This document shows, piece by piece, positions 50,601 through 62,600 of a stretch of 64,000 bases of DNA (the first letter of the stretch is position 1; each line of letters starts with the position of its first letter). Source of the stretch: Perna viridis (lineage: Eukaryota); the NCBI GenBank assembly GCA_037379345.1, contig CM074515.1, positions 7,564,001 through 7,628,000 on the forward strand, written 5' to 3'. The translations under genes were made by a program, and so were the position numbers. Under the pieces are notes generated by a model. It was not told the DNA's origin. It was given only the letters and a program-made list of their open reading frames with translations, and did not search any database.

Positions 50601-53600
50601 GGATCCAAAGGTTTAAGTGGATTTTGTGAGTACATTTTTTACTTTTAACATGATTGGTGTAGCAACTTATATAAACGCTTGGCAATTGTTTATGTAGTAG
50701 AAAGTTCAAATAGTTCTAATCACTAAAATTTCCGATATCTGGGACATTTTAAGAATTATACTATTCATTTCACCGCTTTTCTATTTTTGTGGTTAAAATT
50801 AGTTATATAAAATTTATAATAGTTTGTTAATATTCGTATTTAAGGCAAAAGTTGAAATCAAACTCAAATGAATCATTTTGTAGATGGAATGTGTTCATAC
50901 AATGGTAAAAGTTACCAACAGGGACAGAAATGGGATGATGGGTGTGCTTATGAATGTACATGTGATGACGCTAACAGAGGACTTTACAGCTGCTTTAACA
51001 AGTTAGTCCTAGTGTCTTTTTTAATCTCAAAATGCCTTTACTATACAAAGCAGCAAACTGATATGGTCTACAGAAGTTTTAATGTAGAAAACAATAATTA
51101 GCTTTAAGCGGAATGTGAGCCAATTGAATAAATTACCAGGACCTATTTTTGTATTGAAAATAAGAAATCGGGTATACATAGATGATATAAAATATTTGAA
51201 AAATAAACTTATGACAAACGTAATGATTTTGACTTTCCAATTATAAACTTACCATTTCTTTATTATGGAGTATACATTTAACAGTTGAACGTTACTACTG
51301 AGTCTGTGCTCTGTACACATGAACTTTCTTAGTAAAGTACGGGTACTGTTAAATAAGCCAGTGGTATGTTCATCCTTTGTTGACATCATCACTACAGAAG
51401 TTTTATGGTCGTTATCACAATATTATTGACCGAATACCGAATTGATATTCCTCCGAAATTTACACTTAATAGCAATAGTGGTGTAGCTCCTACGGTTTCT
51501 GAGGAGCTACATAGCTATGTCTTATGACTCACAACGTTGTGGTACAAACGGTGCAAACATATTTTGCAAGTTTTCAATCACACTACAATCGTGTAAGGGT
51601 GTTACAATTATACCGAGATCATTTCACCTCTTTTTAAAATCTTAAAAATAAGGACACAATATTGGTTTAATTAATTTTTGCATTATTTATTATTATGCAA
51701 TCATCCAATTAACCGTTCAGTGTTGCTAGCAGAGCAGGAAATGCTCACCATACGGAGCACCTGAGTCATTCATACTTTGACCTTCAAACAATTCTTCATA
51801 AAGTAATTTGATTTTAACTACATTTTCATTAACTTTGAGAGAATAATTTTAAATGACTATCGATAGGATGTTGCTTTCATTATATTTCGTAAAACACTGA
51901 GTCATTCTATATATATTACCAAGACTTTAACTATTAAATGAAGAATAGTGATGAAACTATTATATGCCTTATATCAGATGTAATTGAATTAAAAAAGGCA
52001 TTCATGAGGGTAATTAGAGAATATTACATATTTTAGGTGCCCTGCTTACTACAATCTACCACCACAATGTACACTAACCAAGACACCAGGAAAATGCTGT
52101 CTAGAGCCTGTCTGTAACTTCAATCCAACATTCCAAACAACCACTGGACAGAACGTTGCTACAATTAATGGCATCAGTATGTACAAAATAAATGTCTATA
52201 CAGTTTATCCTATTAATGATGGTTCAATGATCATAGTTTTCCTTTCCTCTTTCGTGTACACCAGACGTTAATTTTTATGAGCAACTCTGCGGTTGTTTCT
52301 AGAAAAGCAAAGGACGCTTACCCTACCGGTGCACCTTGTCTATGCTCCCAGTTTTTAGTGGAGTCCGAGTTGCTAAATTAGTTTTGTTACTTTGAATGTA
52401 TTATTTTATTTATATTATATTCTTTTTTGTGTATGTCTGTTTTCCATGTCTGGTCTTTGTCCCTGGATTACATTCTTTTGATTTCCATTGATTACTCTTA
52501 TAAACTTGATATGTTACTATTACCTCCTTACTTTTTTATTTCTTTATTATGAAACGAATTGCCCGCTATTGTGTAAGTTTGGAAATTAAAAAGGATTAAA
52601 ATGAATAAAGAACATATACAGGCATCAAACTTGTCTTAAAAAAAGAACAAAATGGAGATTAATGGAGCTCAAACATTTATGTATTGCATTGGTTTTAGTT
52701 TGCCTTTGTTTTATCATTTAAGTGAAGGTAAATTGAAATCTTACATCTTTTTGTATAATGAAAAATATACTAGACTCTTTACGATTTATTAAGAGTTATT
52801 AAGTTAAGTAAGAAGACTTTATTCATCCTGATATTTATTTGGTACAGTGAACCTGCTTTCTAAATAAAGATATTTACATGTCTCTTTGTTAAAAATTATC
52901 GTAATGAATATAATCCTACAGATAAATGTGTATACAATGGAAACTCCTATTACCAGAGTCAAACTTGGCAAGTTGGCTGTGAATACGAATGTATTTGTGA
53001 CGATGCCGGCGCAGGGCTGTGGTCTTGTCAATCAAGGTATTTTTGTTTAAGTTTAAAATACATTGAAACATACATTCCTGCGTGCGATAAAAAGTAGGAG
53101 TTTTCACAGTTCTCAGATTTCATTCACATATTCTTCTTGATCAAATCTATTCATTGATATCTGCATGTGCAATATTGCGGTAAATCCGCTTAAAAAAAAT
53201 GTATTTAAATCAAATTATCTGGATATGTATGTTTGTATTTAGCACAAATAAATGTTTTGTATTTATGATTAAATAGGAAAATATGTAGCTCTTATGAATC
53301 GAAATGTTTTATTTTACGAATGTTGTCGCCAGTCTTTTATAACACTACAAGAGTGCTTATTTTATTAAAGATTTTAGATTTATTGCCCTTTTGGAACGAA
53401 TTAAAAGCGACATTTTAAACATTTCATTGGCTTTCAAACTCCTTTCCAAGACAATTGTCTCATTTTAAATCCGTATTACAACATGCGTTCATATTGTCAG
53501 AAAAATGTTTTTTGTAAACGTTTCAGATGTCCCACCTATGCCAACCTTCCATCCGTATGTCACCTAGAACAACAACCAGGAGAATGCTGTAAAAAACCCA

Positions 53601-56600
53601 AATGTGAATTTAACCAACAGTATGGAACATTCAGTGGTAATGGAATGATCAGTGGTAAAGGATCAGGTATGTGATGTACTTTCAGTGGTAACGAAATGTT
53701 AAGTGTTTAAAGTTTGGATAGGTAATGTACTTCATGTGGTAACGAAATAATAAGAGGTTAAGGCTTAAGTAGATAATGCACCTTTATCGGTAACGGAATG
53801 ATTAGTGTATAAGGGGCCAGGTATGTGATATTCAACCCACGGTAAAACTGAGACGCTTTTAAAGAATTGTCTGAGAAATTACTTATCCTATGATATTTGT
53901 GGTGTTCAAGTTGGTATTTCAATGCAGACATAGTTATATATATTGTCAGAAGTTGACTTATATCAGACGAACGGTGAATTTTATTATGCTGTAACAGATG
54001 AGCTGTGTCTAAATTCAAAATATGCATGTCTCCAATAAAATACCCCTTTAATCATACTGATTTTTGTTACTTTAAGTTATAACTCTACGTTTCAACTGGT
54101 TTTGTTTTTTATTTTAAGTCAGTTTGAGTAAAGACTGAGTATCTTTTTCCTGAAGAAGAGTTCGTTATTTTTTTAAGACTGGATGAAATCAAATAATGCA
54201 TATATATGTGTGTAAGACTTAAGAGTATAATAAGCTCTTTTCCAATGTCCAATGTGTGTTAACCTTCCACCTTTGTTTTAAATAGTTTTATTTCTACTTT
54301 AAGCTACTTTTGTACTTATCTTTTAGAAATGTGTTTCATGGGAATGTTTTCAACGTGGAATACTTTATAAGCGGTTTTGGACAGACAAATTAATCGAGTA
54401 AATGAAAATTCAAGAAAACTCTCCTATTATTTCAGGATATACAGTACAACCAACAGAGGCTCCATGTGTGAACAAAATTAATAACTGCGTTCAGTATGGA
54501 GCAGATATATGTAGCAATCCAGATTATGCTGGATGGGTAAAGACTAACTGCAGGAAATTCTGTAATATATGCAGTATGTATTCTAATGAGATGTGTTTGA
54601 TGTATTGATATTAAATTTAAGTATGCTGGTTTGTTTTTTACTTAAAAATGGTCTTCCAAATCTTGTATTAGTAAAGACATGTTATTGACATTCCAGTGTC
54701 ACTAAATTGTCCACACTTTTCAGAAAGGATTGGTTAATTTTCAAACATTTTATTGCTATATATTTCGTATAAAGCAGAATATTTACTCTGACAGACGTAC
54801 CAGGGCCGCATGATCTTTGTATTTACAAGGGTGTATCCTACAAACAAGGAGAAACATGGTTTGATGGTTGCAACTATGAATGCAAATGTGAAAATGCCAT
54901 TTATGGTTACTACAGATGTAACAAACGGTAAATATTTCTCTATATACCAAAATAAAAGAAACCTATGTTTTCAGACGTAACCGGGCCGAATGATGTATGC
55001 ATTTATAAGGGTCAATCTTATAGACAAGGAGATACTTGGTTTGATGGATGTGAATCTGAATGTAAATGCGAAAATGCCAAATATGGGTATTACAGGTGTA
55101 ACAAGCGGTAAATATCGTAGGTCGATAGATTAATGGTGAATGATATATCTTAGAAGCTAGTAACATGTTGCATGTACAATGTATTGGGACCCTTATACTC
55201 CCCTTTATCCTCGACTTTATGTAAGATTCACATTCTCCCTGATAGATGTAAAACGTTTGCTAGACAATCTTTCAGGTGGCTATCACCGGAATTCTAAACA
55301 TTGCAAAAGGGTAAGTTTTACACTGTTCCTAAAACAGTTTGATAGATTTAAAATTGTATTTACTTTTGGCTGTTTAATGCTTTACAGCTGTCCAGACTAC
55401 GTTAATCTTCCACTTAACTGCCAGTTTGTAACAGTACCCGGTGATTGCTGTAAGAAGGTAGAGTGTACAGGAGGTCAAGGATCTTTTGTGGGTTCATCCT
55501 TAACCCCAGGACTAATTGGTAGCCAACCTATACCAAGTAAACAAATGATTCCTTCTCCTCTACCAGGCCAACCAACTCCAGCACCTGGTCAAATTCCACA
55601 GTTGATCCCAAGCAAAGTCGGTAAGTACTGTGAAAAAGCTATTAATCTATACAGTACACTGCATAAAGTCGAGCTGTGTATAAAGTCGATTGATTTTTGA
55701 CACCTTCTCTGGTTAATGCAAAATAGCAGAAAATTCGATCACTTATTAGTTAGAAAATAATGATTTTCAAAAACTACATTGATTTATCTTTACATTGACA
55801 TAAGATATAGCCGTATACCCTCTAGACCCATTGAACTCATAAACTAAATAACTTTTTAAAACTATATCTGCAACCTGTTATTTAGAACATTTGTAACAAA
55901 ATTCTTTAATCCGAAATTATGATTTTTTAACTATGTGATATCTTTTTGAACTTCTCTTAAGTTAAAGTACCATTTTCTTTTTAATAGCTGGCTGTTATGT
56001 AAATGGATCTTTATACCAACAAGGCCAGAGATGGGTTGTTGGGTGCGATTTGGTTTGTAGATGTGACGATGCTTCCGCTGGTCGTTACAGATGTGATCCT
56101 AAGTAAGCCTAGTTATAGGTTATAGTTAACTTCCTACGCAATTGATAAATAAGTATATACTAAAGACAACCCATTCTTTGACTATTGGATTAACTTTTTT
56201 TATGTCCACTGTGCATTGTTTTTTTTTTTCTTGAAGAATGATTTGTTTTGTAATGCATTAGTTTACTTTAAGTTGTTATTCTATTTGATATTACGAACAA
56301 TTTCTTTGTTCTGCAAAAAAAGCAAAACATTGTATCAATCTAACATAAAGAAAAAGTTTGCTCTCAATTTCATCGGATACAAACTTTGAATATCAACTTT
56401 AAACATGAGCAGATGTACTTGGTTAACGCATTTTGATTAATTTTGAACAAAGATGTCCAGAGTTCCAAGGACTTCCAGCTTCGTGTACGTTGGTCGAAGA
56501 TCCAAACGATAGATGTTGTCAAATTCCAAACTGCCCAGCAAATGTGAATGGACAAACACTCATTGTTCCAGTTCCGCAATATGGCCCAGGTTTCTCTGGT

Positions 56601-59600
56601 TATGGCAAAGCCACCTACCAACCAGTTACCGGTACATATGTACCAGGTCCCAGTGGTAATATGACTACTGGTACAGGATCACAATCAACTTTTACAGGCG
56701 GCAATACTGGTCCTCAGGTCACTGGCGGAAGGAGTGAGTTTAGCTACTAGTAGTTGGCTGTGGACGTTTTTGTCCATTTTATGTAGTTCGAAATAATTAA
56801 TAACAACTGTTAAATACGACTTCAACTACAAATAATGCACATTATAAAAAAGGTGATCAGTCAAAGTTTTTTTATAAACTTTCTAAGCATCTTTTAGAAA
56901 GTAATATTTACAGTACAAATACCTTTATATTTTTTGTTAGATTTGGAAAGAAGAGAAGCAAGTTAAACGTTTAGCCGAACTAATAATACTTCCCACCATC
57001 TTGTTTTAGTTCTGATCATTAACTTGTTTTTTCCTTTTTTATTGAATTATTATATCTGATGTTTCTCTGGTAGATTCATGTGTGTACAAAGGAAAGGTAT
57101 ATCAACAGGGGGCTACTTGGGATGATGGCTGTGATTATAGATGTACATGTGTCGACGGCAATCAAGGAAGATATCAATGCAATGATAGGTTAGTACATAA
57201 ATGTTTCATTAGAGGGTTTTGTTTTTTGCAAAAATTGATTTTGTGGAGAGGTTAATTCATCTTCTAAATATACAGAAGGAGATGTTGTAAAAATGCTTGA
57301 ATTTTTTATCATCAAAGTTTTTTGTCAAGTGAGATGGTTGTCATGCCAGTTTGAACGAATTGTGGTTCTTCTCTCTTTTGAAACTGATTATAATATAGCT
57401 GATCTTACTCAAAAGAATGAACATCATTTAGCCAGATCGGTTGATCTCAGTTTATACAGATGCCGTTTAGTCTTTAAACGAAAATATTATACATAGCATC
57501 TACCACAATAAAGGACGTTACAGATACACAGCTTCATATCTCGCCCTACTCTTATAAATCGATGATAAGGGAAAACCCCTGACTTAACTATAAGGCAAAA
57601 ACCGCGATGACTTCTAGTAAACTTTCCTTTATCTGTGGCAACATCCTTTCAACACACGGTTATGGAGTTTTCATATCGCACTTTATATGTCATACCAGAG
57701 CTTGCCGAAACGACTTTTTCTTATCATACTAGACTTCTTACAACAAGGGTTATGAAACAGGACAATGATAATCAGTTTTGTTCACCGTGTCCCAATTTTT
57801 GTCTCCCATCTACCCTGGGCATTTTTAGCAATTCGGCTGGTGTATATAAAGAAATTAAAAAAAAACAGATGACGATAATGTTACCGGTTCAGTCAGCCAG
57901 TTTAGTGGTGTGATTTTGGATTGCTAGTTTACTTTTGTTTCTATGGGAATGTTATTTTGATATTTGTGTGTGTATCTTCTTGGTGAAGTCGTTATGCTTG
58001 TACTATGTGCTTTTTATTATCGTTAGAATCTTGGTTCTTTTGATTCCCTTTTCACCTTAATTCCGTTAGATATTTGGTTAATAACTGGGTAGACGCTGAT
58101 GGGTTTATATGCATTGCCATTTTTTGTAAATGATTAATTATATTTTTACCGAGGTAGCTCAACCTAGAAGTATAGTTTGCTATACCTTTATTTTCAAAGC
58201 ATTGATTGTTCATTGCTGTTTAGATCTATGAGAGTTAATTTTTCGGCTCCTAATGTATGCAAACTATCCATTTTATTATTTTGTTTTCTCTATCTTATTC
58301 TCTTGTTTTTTTTATTATTATTATTTAACATTGATTTAATCGAATAATTGGTTTTAATTCCAGATGTCCTAACTTTATGAATATTCCAGCTCAGTGTAGA
58401 TTGATTCCAGATCCTGCAGATCAGTGTTGTAAGAAAATAAGTTGTGATTTCACTCAGAAGATTACCACTCCAGCTCCTTTTTATGTCAGAACAACACCTA
58501 TTTCAGGTGGAGGTCAGTAATTTTTACCAAACATTGCAAGAATTAATTTTCTTGGTTTTGGTAAATGTTCTATACATTAAAAGAGTTAGTAATTCTATTA
58601 GGTACAAAATTGTAGACTCTAGAACACCATATATCCATTTTTGTGATACTATTTTATTGAATGACGTAGAAGATGATTTACTGTTTCTATAGCTATCATT
58701 TTATACGGTTAACATGGACGTTACTAATAACATCGTTTTTCACATGGATAGTCACTTGATTTGAAACTTTGTTCTTAGTGACATAACGGCTATTTTTTAT
58801 CTTTCAGACTACTGTGTATATAAAGGATCATACTACAGACAAGGTGAGAGCTGGGAAGATGGCTGTAGTTTGAGATGTAGATGTGAGGATGCTGTAAACC
58901 ACTACTATCAGTGTTCAGACAGGTAAAAAAGTAACAATAACCAAATACCAGTTATTTAAGACATGCAGACAGTGTAAGAGTTATAATATACATATATTTG
59001 ATGAATGTTGTTTAAAAAGTTTTAAAATGAGATCACTCGTGGAAACATCTTTAGACTTACTAAAATAATAAAAGCGGTTTCGTTGAATTGGGAACTATAT
59101 TTCTTTCTTGAATCTTTTAAGATAATGACTTTCTATGCGACAAATTCAAAAGGTTCGTTCAGAAGTAAAGATATAAGTTTAGTTTAATGATCTGGATAGT
59201 TCACACCAGCTGAATTGATCCAATATGTATTATAACACGAAGGACAACTGGTGTATCTCACCAGCAACTGGCTATTTAATATTCTCTTTTGTAAGTCATC
59301 AATCAATAGAATGTGTAGGAAATATTATCATTTAATTGATTGCAGGTGTGGAAAATACGATAATATTCCACTTGGATGTCAATATGTTCCTGATCCAAAA
59401 GACCCAACATGTTGCCGTGTGCCACAATGTAGTGTCACAGGAACAATAGGACAAGGAACAAGTGGGTTTAATCCTGCTGGATTCTCTGGTAGTTTTACTG
59501 GATATGGCAGACCGCAATCACTTACAGGAACTGGATCACAAATCTCTAATACTGGATATTCTAGTATGTGTGCAATACATTGCTTCAAAAGTTAATTCCA

Positions 59601-62600
59601 GGAATAATATGTTTATTACAATTTTAAAGAAAAAAAATCATTGTGGTAATTTGTAATTTGTGGTCACTGATTTTTATGGGGTCCCAAAACTAATTTTTTC
59701 CTGAGCTCTATTTTTTCATAACCCGATACTCAGTTAAAATCCCGACTAAAACACATCGTACATCGTTGTTTTTCCAAAAAGATGGTATACCTAGATACAA
59801 ATATAGTTCTTGGTAGATAGTCCTCATATTTTGTAAGAAATAATTCAAAATCATCTTCTAAATATACAGAAGATGTTTACAAAATACCGGAATTTTTAAT
59901 CGACAACATATTGGTCCAGTGTGGTGGATGCGTTTTCCAACAAACGGTCGGCATTACAATGGTAACAAATTCTGCTCCTCTACTTTCTGTCCTATTCCTT
60001 CACTCTTATCAGGCTGAATTTCCGAAAGAAAGAATATCGTTTAGTTAGATCCTTTAATCTCACTTATCTTTAAACAATCCTAATTTCGTGGATTTGATAC
60101 ATCGCATCTACCCCAAAAAACTTGAAGTAAAGGATACTACGGACACTATGAAGTCAGCCTCATATCTTGACCTACATTTAGAAATCGATGGTAAGGGAAA
60201 CTTTACGACAAACGTAGATAACTTTTCATTCAGAATTGTCAACTTTCCTTTGATCTGAGGCTTCAGCACCTGCGTATGGAGTTTCATGTCACAACTCATG
60301 CTTTAAGCCAGAGCTTGCCGAAACTACGCAGACTTTTTGTAACCGGCTAGAGTTCTAACAAGTAGACTTCTGGAACAGGGTAATATTGCTACAAGATTGA
60401 AGTCATCACTACAGAAGGTTTATGGTCGTCATCATGAACTCGTGGATCGTTACGGTGTATCTATCTATCTGCACCATGAAAACTGATTTGTTCAACGTGT
60501 CATAGTTTTCCTTTTTCTTTCGTCTACGGACTTGACTTTTTATGAGCAACTCGGTGGGTATTTCTAGAAAAGCAGAGGACGTTTACCCTGTCAGTGCACC
60601 TAGTCCATGTTCCCAGTTTTTAGTGGAATCCGAGTTGCTCATTTGCTTTTGTAACTTTTTATGTATTATTTGAGTTACTTTATGTTTTTTGTTGTGTGTA
60701 TCTGTTTTCCATGTCTGGTATTTGTCCCTGGATTCCCTTGGTTCCATTGATTATTCTTTCAATTATTTTCAAGTCAAATCATTAACTCATTGATGAAATT
60801 TGAGTCTACAAATTAATGCGCAGTGATAATGTATTAATATGATAAACAAATGAACATTGATTGAGTCTTTATTTGGAATAATTTTAGACTTGGTTCATTA
60901 CTTCCATCGCTTTTAAGCTGTCAAGGGAATCCAGTTTATTTGTTGTCGTTACGTCTGTACATTTGTCTCATAACCTCAGCCACACCTCATTTTGACGATT
61001 TGAAACTCCAACTTAATGGGTTTTACTTGTGTAAGATTATTTTCTTGGTAGCATGTCAACTTCCTATTTGTCATGTACTGTATTGAACTTCTTCTTTGAA
61101 AAACTTTGCAAATAACTATCCATTTTTTTGTATATACGTTTAAAGCTTCAGTCTGCTATTTTTAATCATTGTAAGTTTTATTGCTTGATTGCCCGTCAGT
61201 GCCATGATAAGGACAGAAGTTTTGAAGGCACCAGTAAATGTTCGTCACAAAAATTCTCAACCATCATTCATGAGAACGCATTCAAATTGTGTGTATAGCT
61301 TTAACTTGATTAGTAATATAAGTGGTAATTAATATTTCATATGGATAGTAATCTTTTTATTTCTAACTAGTTCATTTCAGTCGATGAACAATGAATAATA
61401 ATGGATGTCAAAAAAGTTTCCATTGCAGGGTCGGGCTATTAGGAGCTGTATTTGAGAATCAACGATATAAAAACAATATTATTTATTTAGTTAAAAAATG
61501 AACAAACCTTATCATGTTTAATTGACTATTTCTGTTTTGTAGATGCTTGTATCTACAAGGGCAAAATTCACCAACAGGGTGACACATGGCATGATGGATG
61601 TGATTATGATTGTGAATGTATTGATGCTAAATCAGGACAATACAGGTGTTCTGACAGGTAAAAATCATTCTGATATACATATTGTAAAAAAGGTTAACTT
61701 CTTAGATATTGGTAAAATTAAGAAAGAATAAACGGAAATGCAAGGAGTTGACAATTTAATAACCAATATTCAGATAACATTGTTTTATGCCAAGACAAAA
61801 CACTATTTACATAAACAGACAGGTAAAGTTACCTAGATATATTTTTACAACAAACTTTTTCACTGATGGCATTTAAGTCCGCTCATGGAGGCTTGTAATC
61901 CGGCTACCCCCCCCCCTCCGAAGTCCGCTCATGGAGGCTGATAATCCGGTTACCTCCCTAATATTTTTTTAAAAGAAATACGGGTTAGGTTGGTAGGTTG
62001 GTACTCTAGTTATTTCTATGAATTTAAGTTGTCTTTTCATTATATTATGCATGTCCGTCTGAGTGAGCTCATTTGCTATATGAATTTTTATGCATCGTTT
62101 TGGTATTATTGTATGAGTGTTTATGGGAATGTTCGTTAAAGGGTAGGACTGAGTTCGTCGTCATCGTTTTCCTCTTTCGTGTAACTATCCACCCTAGGTT
62201 GTCGACAAGTTATTTTTATCTACTTATATGTATTCGCACATTTCATTATTTTTCATATATTTTCCTAAGGGGTGTGATTGTAATGGGCTCAGTTTCCACA
62301 ATATACATGTAAGCGATCGAAGGTCCTTCCTTCAAATTGAACCTGTATAAAGTAATGATAAGATGCAGTATGATGCAGTATTAGTATTAACTATCACCTG
62401 ACCTAAATAGCCCGTTTTGAGGGACCTACGTTTTTACACAGTGTTCACAGGAATGATTTTTCTATTTGCATTTGCTTTCAACCAGTGAGTAAAAGTGTGG
62501 TGAAGGTACCCGAGGTTATCTTTGAATGGAATGTAACCCAATGTCTTAGTTTTGTCAGTAAGGATACCTGAGATAAACACAGATTTTGCAAACGCCTCCA

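Noticed and set aside
60542-60642. SECIS element or hammerhead ribozyme in the Penelope tail
   Set aside because: The AUGA lies in a canonical Watson-Crick stem rather than a GA quartet, and no conserved CUGANGA core is seen on either strand.
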